Source: Yuukianura sp. NJ FZ-2021
Taxonomy: Eukaryota
Reading direction: 5' to 3'
Assembly (NCBI GenBank): GCA_046563655.1
Contig: CM102285.1
Coordinates: forward strand, 11,098,001 to 11,162,000
Length of the DNA stretch: 64,000 bases
Shown here: positions 51,822 to 64,000 of the stretch, in pieces
Layout: each line of letters opens with the position of its first letter
Position numbering within the stretch: the stretch's first letter is position 1
Program-made: the position numbers and the translations under genes
Notes under the pieces: model-generated
What the model was told of the DNA's origin: nothing
The model's input: the letters and a program-made list of their open reading frames with translations, nothing else
The model's database searches: none

Positions 51822-54800
51822 TCACTTTTTCTTTGCATCTTTCAGCCCTGCTCCTGCATTGAATTTGAAGAATATGATATCGCCATCTTCAACCACATAG
51901 GACTTCCCCTGTTGTCGGTATTTTCCGGCAGCCTAAAACAATGGAGAAAGTTACCACCAGAGAGCTCCCACTACACGAAATTCACAAAGCGAGCACAAGA
52001 TCATTCAACGATTCAACCCTATGCATCATCCCCTCAAATCCAACAAAAATTCAATCATCTTCATCATGCTTCCGTCATTCACCAAACCAAATTCAAAACA
52101 TCAACAAAAGACAAGCAAATCGATACTCCCACCTTGATACACTTTCTAAATCCAGTCATTCAAAAATTTTAACCAAATTTTTGTTTTTAAAAATTCTCAG
52201 CTTCTAGTAGCAAGTCACCTAGTAGCAAAGCAAACACGGATACAATGCAGAGTTAATCTAAATCAAACTACAATTTCTAGCTTATCATCCCTTGTGTAAG
52301 TTTCAAACGTCAAATTGCAAATTCACTCCATCACACAATCAGTTAATAAAAATTTGCAATGCGTCACTAAAACCACTTACTTTGCAACCTGCTTCTGAAC
52401 CTTCCTCTTTGAAATCTTCAAATTTCATAACTTCGGCCATAATGAAGCCTTTTTCAAAATCTGTATGAATTCGTCCAGCAGCTTGCGGTGCCTTGGCTCC
52501 TTTCTTCAAAACCAGAAACAAAATTTCATCAATTTCACAATTTAAAAGCATCATCCTAACGCCAATTCGAAATCATAACTTTCAAACAACATTCGAACAG
52601 TTCATAGTTCACAACTGAGACAGTAACAAGAACAGGGACTAGAGAAAAGGACAGGATACTTGTGTCATTTCAAACCGATCAAAGTAGTAGGGAAGAATTC
52701 GAAACTTAACATTCAGAAAAAATTTAACTGCTAAATTTTGAAAATCATCTCAGCGGCGTTCAATCGATAACCACTCACCTTACAATTAAAGATTTGCCTG
52801 CGTAACCTATGATTTCCCTCTTTGAATTCCCTAATATTTTATTCAAAAACAATTTTTAAAAGAAAACACAATGACCCCGCCCATCCCTCACCGAAACAGA
52901 TTCTTACTCAACTTTTTTTTAAAGTTACAACTACTGCGGAAGGTATGTTATTACAAGATTATTCCGTTGATTCCTCTGACTAATCGTTTAATTGGAAATT
53001 ATACTCATTCCTCTCTCTTCTGATTTCAATGACTACAATTAAATTCAAAAAACACTACAACAGTAAACCTCTTGCTCTTTTTTTCAAAAACTTTCTCGAT
53101 TCCTGTCATTAGTTCAAATTGGTTATGGACTCCAACCCTTCAATCTGTGTGAATCAGTCCAGACAGAACAAAAAAAGCAACAAATAAAACAGAAAGCCAA
53201 AACATATTCCAACTTTTTCGAAAACTACAACAATTGTTTCAGATCCGGAATAGATAACCTGAATAATTTTTGTTCAGGGGCTATGAAGGGCCCTTCCCTT
53301 GACCCCTGACCCCTTACAACATGCTACAAACGTGGCGCCTTCGAACATGTTACAACCACAATCAAAAATTATTTTTTGCTCCCTTTACAATTCCGTCGGA
53401 ATCATTATAGGCATCCGGATTAAATTGGAGCAATTTTTCAATTGAAATTCGGAATTTTGTAATTTTTTTCACCCCAAGTTAAGGATCAGGAAGGGTAGAA
53501 AGGGAGAAAGCCAACTCTCATTTTTCAGTTTAAAAATTAATCAAAAAATTTAAAAAAAAAAAAAAAAAACACCATACTTTTCAAAAATTCGGTTATTCCG
53601 AGAAGGCGAAAGCGTTTGCTTACCTGAACTGTCCAGCATTTGACTTCATCAGGTCCAGCCGTAAAAAAGTATTGAAGCTGAAGAGCTTTGTATCCATTTG
53701 TGATAATCTTGTCCAAAGCACTGCAAAAACAACAAAAAGTCATTTTATCAATTAACAATTAACGTAAATTAACAATTTAATTAACCACAATTTAGTCACT
53801 AACTTGAGATAAAATTAAAATTTGCACTGTTTAAAATTTTTGTGTTGCATTTTCATTAAATTCCCTTTTGCCCCTCAAACGGCCGAATTTTTTTGCTTTC
53901 ACCGTCTTGTTTTTGAGAAACATGGGATAATCAAAGTCTACAATTCTGTTAGACGTTTTTTTTGTTTTAAAACAGGGAGGTACCCTTGTCTACATAATTA
54001 GCACTACGGAAGATCCCTGTTCTCCAACCGTATGCCTGCCCATGGCCCTTTGATCTTAATCTGAAAGTAATTCAAAGTGTTCATGACCAAGTGCTATAAA
54101 AGCCTAATTCTCAACAAAGGTACTCAAAAATATCAAATTAAAAACAAGATCCAGCAACATAGTGAAATGCCCCTTGAAGCGAAACCATTATTTTTTCTCC
54201 CAAAAAAAATTTCATCTCCATATCAAATCTGTAATAGCCACTTCCATTTTAGTACCCGGATTTTCGGATAATTTACAAAAATTAATGTAAAAACGGAATT
54301 ACGTAACTCCAGCCCTTATTCCAAATTCAAAACAGACCTTAACAGCAGCTAAAATTCAAGGTGTTCAGAGATGTCCATAAAAAATTCAAAGATCAATGCT
54401 CTGGAAACTAATTTCTAGCCTCCAGTACTTCAAAAAAGCAACTTAATTTAAAAAGTACTAATTTCAAAAACGAAATTACTAAGGAGGTTCTTGTTATAAT
54501 TTGCAGCTTTGAACACTGAACAGTAATTGGACTCATAACATTCCGATTGATTCATCTTGTGCCAAAAAAAAATGTGTTCTTTTATGAATGAAATCTCCGG
54601 CCGCTGCAAATTTTGCTTTTAGTACTTCGGATTTTACCAGAAGGTAAGGAATTCAAAGTTGAAAAGAAAAAACAACAGCCATTCTTCTGTGTAAAATTCG
54701 ATAACAGGTCGAAATTGTCAATTATTATTTCAAATCATTTTCTTAAATTGCACTTCTTGAAATTGAACTTCAAATCACATCTTCCCCTCAAAATAAGAAG

Positions 54801-57800
54801 ATCCAAAGCCACAATTAAACGAGTAGAATAAAATCCATTAAAACCCAGTCCAACCCCAAACCAACCTCTAAATTTCATCTGTGGCAAAGGAACTAACTAA
54901 CTACTTTTTGCCTTAGTTCCAAACCTCCTCGAACGTTTTGAAAGTTCAAGATTGAAGTGATTCCAAGTCCAAAATTACATGTCATCATCCAGTTTAATAT
55001 CAAAGTCTGAGCTTTTCTCAAACCCATGTCTCATCCCTATAATTTTGCACCACCACTTCTTTATATTCCCTTCCTTAATTCACTCATTCCTACCAGAGAA
55101 GTTCAATCTTACCGAAAATCGACACTGAATTGAGGCCTAGAGCCTCGTAGTCAAAATTCCAAGCGTTAATTTTTAAAAATCACTTTGGGTGGTTTCCTTC
55201 CAAAATGAGTTTCTCTCAAAATTAACAATCCAATTTCAAAGTTCACATTCACAGTTCCTTTGAAAAACATTAAGAAAACCGGCAGCTTTGAAACAATTTT
55301 CTTAATTTTAATGAAGGACAAGGGAAAATGGGACTCTAACAATTGTATCTGGACTGGAACGGAGTGAATTCCTTTTGAAACCAAGACATGAATACAAAAT
55401 TACAAAACTAAAACAAAAAAAAGCGGTTTGTAAAAACTACTATAAAAACTAGTACTAAAAAGGTACTAGAATAATTTAAAAAGTCTGTTACTTATATAAG
55501 AAAGTTTTAAAAAAAAAGTCGCATAGAGACAGAAAATTCATTCGCTCATTTTCTAAATAAATCGTAAAATTTTTGGCTTTTGACTTTTTAACAACAAAAT
55601 TTCGATCGTCCGTATTTTGTTTCATTTTAGAGTCATTTGGATAAAAAAGACATTTAGGCTAGACTCAGTTTTTTTTAATACGTTAGATCAGGTCAGAAAA
55701 AGTTTCCCCCTCGCACCACACCGTTAGCTTTACTTTTCCAAAACAAAAGTGAAATCTATTTTCTGAAATATACACGAAATTTCAAAAATAAGCACAAAAC
55801 CCACAAAGTTCTATTCCGAAAAGTCCGAATTTCAGAGAAAAACAAAAGTTTGAACATTACTGATAAGCGATTTTGGGCTCATTTCCGTTAGCACGAAACT
55901 GCAACAGTAAGTGCCAGGAATGGGACATAACGCACACGCTCCAAACTCATTGGTTTCGTTATTATGAAAGTTAAGGAAAATGAAAACATTGCTTCTCTCC
56001 CTCAAATGACTTTGGAAACTAATCGTGTTGTAGGTTTTTGTTATAGACTTAAGGCCGAATCATGCCAAAATGCCAAATCCGTCGTCACTCGTCGTTAGAA
56101 ATGGATTGAATTACAGTCTTTCATTTTCTTACGACTTCCTTTCACTCAACTTTCTCTCCGTTTCCTTTTCCTTTCTTTCCCATTTTCTGTACCATATAAT
56201 TAAACCAATTTCTAGCCAACGAGAGGGGCTTGGAATTGTTTTTGACAGGGACAGAACAAGAGGTCTACTTTGTCCCCTTGTCACAGTCGGATCTTAGAAC
56301 ATTGTCACGAGCTCTTAACTTAATATTATATTTAAATTATACAAACTAGAAATGTTGTCGTGTTTCAAAAAACATCCAATTCGATTGTCTCAGAACTGGA
56401 TGATTTTGAGGCATTAATGAATTCCCAAATTATTGAATTTTAGTAAATTACCTCGTTCCTCCAATTTCCTTCAAGTAGGCTGCTTTCTCATCGTCTGGCA
56501 TGTCAGCCAATTTAGCCTCCAAAACTCCCGACATTGGAATCAACAGTGCTCCAGGGTCGTTCTTGTCAATCCATTCTTTCAACTTAGGCAACCTATTTAC
56601 AACAAAAATTAATATAAATTAAGATATTCATAAATGAAATCTGTTGAATATTAAAAAAAAACTTTGTGCGTTGGAAAGAAAACATAGAAAGAATCCATTA
56701 CAGTTCGCACGTCGGTAAAAAAGAAATGGGTAATTGAAAACGCAGTTGGCACTTGACACACGAATTCAAACGATTTCTAATTTTTCAGTAATTTTGAACT
56801 GAAAAACTTGATTACTTGTATCTGTCACATCGAGCTGAAGTGTAACTTTTCAGCAGTTTTTTAACATCATTTCTGCTAAACGGCACTAATGTTGTTCTAA
56901 AACAAAACGTAGGTCTCATTGGTTCTAAAGTTTGACATGCGCTTTCGAGTTTGTACGTAAGAACGCAGATTGATGCATTTTCTCTTGACCTTTGACATGC
57001 TTCCTTCAAAACATTAAATACTTTTCTCAAAAGTAAATGAAAAAAGTCTGTTTGCGTTTCACTGTTTGTTGATTTGTTCAAGAAATCGTTTGAAGAGCAC
57101 CGTTCGCGTTCCTAAAACCTTTTGTTTTTGTCTTCAGCCAAGCGGATATTACACAGAGAAGCAACCTGACATGCAATCCAACATCATCGCAACCAGGCTG
57201 ACTCCGTTAAACCAATAATAATAAGTTCATTTCCAGTAGAAAGAGAACAAGGAAGAGCGTTTAAGGGCTTCAGAGAAATTTACGATAGCTTTGAAAAAGC
57301 AAGAAAGAAAAAATGAAAAGTGAGGGAAAAGATGCAAGCAATTTGTAAAACGTCGTCACGAAGTCAACACAAAAGAAATTAGTCTGCAGCGTACCATTTA
57401 TTCTTCTTCCTAATGTAGTCCTTCTCTGACAAATTGACCAAGTAGATGATCGGTTTAGCAGTGATGAGCAAGTGCTTGTTCAGATTTTCAATCTGTCAAA
57501 TTTCAAAAAGCAAAATGCAATGAAAACGAATCAAATTCACATCAATTTAGGAATTTTCAAAGTTCTGACTCACCTCAGTCGAATTCCAATCAACCATACG
57601 AATCAGCTTCTTGTCATCAACGAGGTTATGTTTTGCCTTGAGAAGAGTATCCTGAAATCACACAATTTAGAAATGTCAACATTTACAAACGTCAAAATTT
57701 AGAAAAGTCAATCAGCACTAATTTTCTAATTCAAAAATAAAATATACCTACAAAAAAAGCGTAGGTTTTCAGAAACGGAAACTTTTCAGCCTATAAAACT

Positions 57801-60800
57801 AAACGCTGCGGAGAATCTCATCCTCATTTGTCACTCAACCTGTCAATTACTTTTGTAATTAAACCACTTGCGCGGCCCAACTTATAATTAAGTTACAAAG
57901 TCCATTGTGATTATCCGTACTTTCCGGAAAGCCAGTAGCCACTTCGGTTAGCCTCAAGTGATCCACTTTAAGTCTCCCATTAAAAATTAATACTAACTCT
58001 CTCCATTTTGTCATTAAAAGATCCCATCACCTCCTTAGTCAGTATTAACTTGAGGTCGATTATCATCCTTTGCCTTCCCAGTGCTCACCCCTTCTCCGTA
58101 AACCATGCAATTTGAAAGACTCCTCACGAAGAACGACACACGGCATGCCTCGCAGATATTATTAAGTTTAACTCTGACTACCGTCTGACGCTCATACAAT
58201 TCTATTTATTCTGTACATGTAGTCATGCAATCCGAACGAATTTCAAAGAAACGAAACATTAACACAAACATTTCCTTTTCCAGTAGTATCATTCCGACTC
58301 CGGCTCCAACAACCTTGTTCTTCCCATTCACTCGTCATTTTACCAACATTAAACAGGAAATGACCAAAAACAAAAACTAGTTTCGACAATAATCTTTCTC
58401 AGAACATAGAAAATTTTCATTTTGTAAAGCCCGGTAGCAACGACAAAATGTTCATGCTTTGCATGCAGTCCGATTTCTCAGGACTCTCGTCGTTAACGTT
58501 ACTACAGATACAAATCAATCAAAAATCGCTTTTGGATTTTAGATTGATCCGTTTTTTAAAAAAAATGGAACTACAAAGTAGAAAAGAAAGACGTTTGACA
58601 TCAAAAGTGTCGTTTTTGGCCAATAAAGAGGCCGTGCTTGGGAAAGTGGGCAGGGCAGGTTGTTGTTAAGAACCAAATCAGGGGGTTGAGCATGAGGATT
58701 TTACAAAAGAATTTAACATGGTAAAAACACTAGGGAAAACAAAAGCGTTCCAACCTATTCTTTTCGTTCTCCACCAACCAACCAAGAGAACAAGTCTCAA
58801 ATTAATTGATCAGCTACCTCCATCTTCTTCCAAAGCCCAGGAGCTAATCATATCCTGTCAAGACTTTACAAGAGGCACTTGACCACACAATTGTTACTTT
58901 TTAGGAAAAAAAAGTCTGAAAATGGAGTAAGTTCAAGTCACGGGGCTCAGAAATCCACGAGGCACAAACCCATAATTATAAATTCCAGTTTTAATAACTG
59001 CAATTCGCAAAACCACGGTTTCAAATTCCTCCCATTTTAAATCGCATGCATATTGTAATATGTTTACACGTTAAACAAAAACCATGAACCGTTCAAATAA
59101 AACTGTAGCACTAAAACAGTAAAAACATAACGCCTTATTCCAGCCCTTCCACTACAACAGCAAATAATAGTTTGATCACAAATAATGCAGTATTCGGGCG
59201 TTAACTCCATTAGCATGGAATAACCAAACCCTCTATTTGTTTTACGCTCAGTAAACATCAATTTCTAATTTGCAAAAACAAGAAGCGTTCAGAATGGGCA
59301 GAACAATCGCTGCCGGCTGGAGATGCTTCATTTTTACAAAAAAATTCTGAATGAGCTTGTCCACTGCCAGTTAAAACTTTCTTCTAAAAATCCATACAAA
59401 GAAAACCAAAACTTATGGACTCAAAAATTAAAAAAACGGATGGCTTTTTAGTGAGAAAACGAAATCTAAAATTTTGAAATCCGTCTTACGTATTCTGGTT
59501 TCAATTTCTTGTCTCCTCTGACAGCTCTTTCCAGTTTTTCAACATTTGCCAGTAGATATTCTTCATCTTTCAGTCGAAGTTCTTCACTAATCGTTTCCAA
59601 GTCTCTGATTGGATCAACTTCACCGTCGACATGAATTACATCAGAATCATCAAAGGCACCTTGAACAGGGAAAAAAAAGTTGTAAGAATTTTGTTCATAA
59701 ACTAAAAACTACTTTAAAATGTTCCCAGCATCTTTTCCTATCAACAAACCACTAAAAACGTACATTTCAAAAATTCATGACATTCTAGGACAGCTAACAA
59801 AAACGAGTCAACAGACGCTTAAAATTTAAACCCGAAGCTTCAAAACTCGAAAGTTTCAGTTTAGTCGAAATTATTGAATGTCGTTCCTAGCTTGTACCCA
59901 ATAATTATCTCTTAAACTGAAAACTCTTGAAATCTTAACGACAAGAGACAATGGAAAAGATGAGCTATAAAACAATGGAAAATATTAGCATACGGCTCCA
60001 ATGGACTATCAAATAACTCCTGGCAGACCGACCATCAACAAAAAAGCTTGCGAAAAATTCGACACTACAAAAACGCTTGCGAAAAATTCGACACTTCCCA
60101 AGTGTCTAACACCTTTGGTGCCCATAACTCTTCAACTTTAATTAGTCTAAGCGCCTTGCTCAACGCTTAAAACCTCTTCAAACTTGCATTCCTTATGTAA
60201 TTTTTAATAGAGTACTGAGACATAAAATGTGACGAAAGTTGAGGAACAAAGCCTCAAGTGAAGGAAATCAATCTTTGAAAGCGAAAGTTTGATGAGGTAC
60301 TTTCAAGTCATCGGGCCCTTAGAACCTCTTTACGAGTGATTTAAGGGCCCTCAGACGCTCAAGACGTTTTTAATGAGTCTCCGGCACCGTTCCGTTGTTT
60401 TCTAATGTTTTCAAATCCGTCGTCTGCTTCAGCAATCTTTAAGAGTACAACAGGTACTTGCCATATTAAGCTAAATTTCTTCCAATCCAAAATAAATATC
60501 GCATAATAACAGAAAAACTGTTGAGAGAACAATAGAAACACTCCGATCATCATCATTATCATCATTAGACCTAATCATCCCCAACCTTAACCAATAACCT
60601 ATTTCTTATATCCTGCCATCCGGCAGTACTTTCAACTCCTCTTTCCAGGAATCCAGTACTTAAAAGGCTTGAGTCGTGCAGTAGACAGTACTCTGAGACC
60701 ATACTGTACAACTTAAACCGGAGCCGTTTCGTTCGACTCTCGTGGCCTCTAATGATCTTCATTAATTTCCCTTTGACCTCTTTATGGTTTCCAGCAAACC

Positions 60801-63110
60801 TAGCCAAACTCCGGACGAATGCCTTCCATCGGCACGTAATTATATGTCTTCCACAACCACAAGTTTGAAGTTTCCCTTATTTTTAACTCCCTCTGCTCTC
60901 AAAAATCTGAAATTACCTCATCAAAAGAAGATCTAACACTCAAAAAAAAACTTGAAGGAATGAAGTACTGTTTGGAGGGGTTAGTTTTAAGTTCATCAAC
61001 TTACGGCAAACATGGAATATGGCATCACATGCCTTGATGTGAGACAAAAACGCGTTGCCTAGACCTTGGCCAGCCGAAGCTCCTTTGACAAGTCCAGCGA
61101 TGTCCACCACGTTCAAATAAGCCGGAACTTTACTGAAAAATCATGAAAAAAACAACTTTAGAATTCAGAATGGATCCAAAACTTGATTTGTATTTGAATT
61201 CGTTGGTAAATGATTGTCAATCCTTTCCACTTCCTGAGTGTAGCGATCATGCAATCATCTACCAAAACAATCTCATTTAAATTTGTGAATTATTCGTCGA
61301 TTAATGCTTAAGGGTTCCTAGTTTTCGTTATAAATGTTCATATAAAAACGAATCGTGATCACGGCAGTCATAAGAAAACAAATGTGAACTTCAATACACA
61401 TATCTCCAACTATTGTTCTCTCTCTTGTGCGCGGCCAGCCATAGTTGTATTTTTTTAGAATTATGACACGCAATCTTCCGTGTCAAAAAATTACTTTCAT
61501 TGTTATTCCGACTGAACGAAAGTATAAAAAATTCTTCCTTTGAAGGTTTTCTTGCCTGACCAAATCGAATCCAATTTCTTTCAGAATTAACAACAAAATC
61601 GTTCAAGTTGTAAGAAAGAACAAAATGTTTTGCAAATTCTGAAAAGAAAATTAATTCTCAACTTTACACTTAATTCCTGTATGAAATTGAAATCGTTCAC
61701 TCTTTTTTTCTATTTTGTATTGCTGAAAATGCGGAAATAATTTTTTGAAATTTTTGTTTGGCTCTGAATAAAATCATCATCAAAACAAAGTTTCAAATCG
61801 CATGATCAATGCCCATACGCATGTTTTAAAAGAAACATTTTCCAGAGGAAGATCAACGATAAAATTGAACGTAAACCGGGAGGAGTTAAAGCTCCTGAGT
61901 TTTTTGTAACAACTTATCCAGAGCCAGCACCATTTTCCATTTTTTCCCCTTTGCCACCATGTTGATTTCATCCATTCAAGTGATCATGGAATCCACAATC
62001 AAATAAAAACCAGTTTTATAAGGCATCGCACCGAGCAAAGCAACCATTGCAATCCGTAGTAGATACTGTAGCATATAAAACAACAACGCGCTTGGACTTG
62101 ACTTGAGATTACTGCTTACTACCGGGTTGGTATAATTAATACCCGACTAAGATTCGAAAATGTTCTTATTTCAATTAAAAACTCACCTAGCTGGTTTGTG
62201 GTATTCGCACAAATAGTCGAACCTTGAATCCGGCACGGCTACCCTACGTAAAATACAATTGTTTCATTAAAATAGATAATTCGTAACAAGAATTGAGCAT
62301 GTTCTAGGATATCACCATTATCCTACTACAAAGAAGCAAGCAAATGCAAGGAAACAGTGTTTGGCAAGTTAAAAACGTGGAACATTTGTTAGGTATGTAA
62401 ACACATCAATACCGCGGGGTGTTAAGTAGTAAAATGCAAGCACTTTTGAAATTGAATAAATTGATAATTGAATAAAAGACTTATTTTCATTCGGATCGAT
62501 GGTACAGAAGGGGAAGTTTTCAGCCGGAATTGCACTTTTCGTCAAAACGTTGAAGAACGTAGATTTACCCACATTTGGTAGACCAACTGAAATCAAATTA
62601 AAAGATGATGACATTAGAATACGGCAGTTTGACAGCATTGTAGTTGATTCTACGGTTTATACTACTGCATACTGTCTGACTTCAAATAACTATACATCGC
62701 AGGCAGGTTCCGTTTCCATTTAACGGTGATTCTTTAACGATCCACTATATCTTCGACGAAGACGAAAGAATAATAATTGTATACTTACCTTACTAAAAAT
62801 TAACTCTATGTCTAACATTGCTTGACGTAATCTCTAAAGTTTTAAAAGCAATAGGATGTACGGCACTTCCACGAGTATCGATTTCTTTCCGAGCCGATTA
62901 CTGTAGAATCGCCAACGTGAAAGGGATCATGACTATTGACACCAAGTGACACCAATGTCCCATCGCTTGATTGATTAATTCACGCTTACAAGAGTAACGA
63001 ACGATGTAATAACGATTTACTAACAACTTACCAACTCCAATTTTGAGATTAGTTCCTATCCTTCCAATCAATGGTTTGGGTTCGACGACTTCCGGCTTCT
63101 TTGGAGGCAT
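51822..63110 (-). CDS. OLA1: Obg-like ATPase 1 (YchF family)
   Basis: Eleven exons: 63110-63032, 62586-62485, 62247-62187, 61132-61005, 59659-59490, 57651-57574, 57492-57395, 56592-56452, 53720-53624, 52503-52381, 51932-51822. Motifs [75 protein letters not shown]. Confidence 0.97.
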
Positions 63111-63153
63111 GACTGATGTGTCACCGTCTTCCAGGTCACTACACTGGACTAAC

Positions 63154-63183
63154 GACTGAAGTGTCAAATGTCAACTGTCAAAA
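63154..63183 (-). promoter_or_regulatory. Putative OLA1 core promoter: repeated TGACA motifs followed by an Inr-like TCAGTC
   Basis: Minus strand reads TTTGACAGTTGACATTTGACACTTCAGTC, ending ~45 nt before the ATG; TCAGTC matches the arthropod initiator consensus. Confidence 0.4.
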
Positions 63184-64000
63184 TCAATTAACTTTAACTG
63201 GTTAATTACAATTAACTAGGCTCGAACACCTGTTTTTATGAAATAAGCACCGGATAGTTTAAATGCAGCGGGAAAAAAAAGACTGGATTTTCAAATCACA
63301 TGATAGTCCGACTGAAGGCTCCACACAACCCCGCATCACCACTTCACTTGGTATGGGCAGCGCATCACTAATTTAACAAATTAAAATTATTTGCAATTAA
63401 ATAAAAATCTTCGAAAATTAATTATAATTAATTTAATTCATTTATGTTTTAATTAATCTGTAAATTAATAGCTTCAGAATTATGATTTTAGTATTATATT
63501 AACTAGGGATACCAGATTTCAGTCTTCTTTGTACCCCTCTTAAACCTATTCTTCCAAGAAAACCAATAGTTTTAAATACATTAATTATATTTATATTTAT
63601 TTTAAAAGTCATTTTAATTAATGGTAGTTAAAATTATAATTTTTAATTACAATTGATAAAATTATGTATTTTACTTCATCGGTAACACTAAAATCCGAGT
63701 TTTTAAATATTGAGTAGCTTCAACATCGCTCATCTCCAGAGATGGCACACGTTTAGCTCAAAGCTCAGCGTTCTTTTGAATGGATTTGGGATTTTACAGA
63801 ACTGCCTGTTAGAAATATGAAGTAGAATTCAACAATTAGAATTAGAATCAACAATTTTAATTCTTGGAATGGTGTAGAGTTAACTATCATTTGTTAGCTA
63901 CGAGTAATTAATTTGTTAGAATTAATTAATTATTTTAATTCCCCCACAACAATTTAAGTATAACTGTATTTGCCGATATAAGACGTGTTTTGATTTGGTT

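Noticed and set aside
55001..55012. AAAGTCTGAG resembling RNase P RNA conserved region I (RNase P RNA is intron-encoded in insects and crustaceans)
   Set aside because: Lacks the preceding GG, no matching conserved region V was seen, and it is antisense to the host gene.
60046..60095. Tandem duplication GCTTGCGAAAAATTCGACACT (29-bp period)
   Set aside because: Only two copies; an ordinary local slippage duplication.
62248..62484. U12-type (minor spliceosome) intron
   Set aside because: Despite AT-AC ends, the donor is ATAAGT rather than ATATCCTT and no TCCTTAAC-like branch site precedes the AC.

Overview
AT-rich eukaryotic (arthropod-like) genomic DNA with many short spliceosomal introns; the species cannot be identified from sequence alone. 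Genes in order: a 5'-partial DIP2 (+), a small secreted protein with two chitin-binding (CBM14/ChtBD2) domains (-), BBS2 (+), a Cys-rich secreted and probably GPI-anchored protein (-), Mcr/TEP6-like macroglobulin complement-related protein (-), NEDD8 (+) and OLA1 (-). Mobile DNA: an apparently intact hAT transposon with TIRs, an 8-bp TSD and a spliced transposase inside an Mcr intron; two Helentron-associated (HINE/DINE-1-like) elements; and a ~1.75-kb foldback-like inverted repeat. The best hidden signals are (1) a U31/SNORD31-type box C/D snoRNA in a DIP2 intron, directly behind a degenerate tRNA-like A-box/B-box leader and followed by an oligo-T tract (candidate nested Pol III pseudo-tRNA-snoRNA unit); (2) a probable U2-type AT-AC intron in OLA1 overlapping an in-frame GT-AG alternative shifted by 4 nt; and (3) a 60-nt, stop-free BBS2 intron made almost entirely of an (ATT)n microsatellite. 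Exon boundaries were read by eye from splice signals and recalled protein similarity; no searches or folding programs were run.
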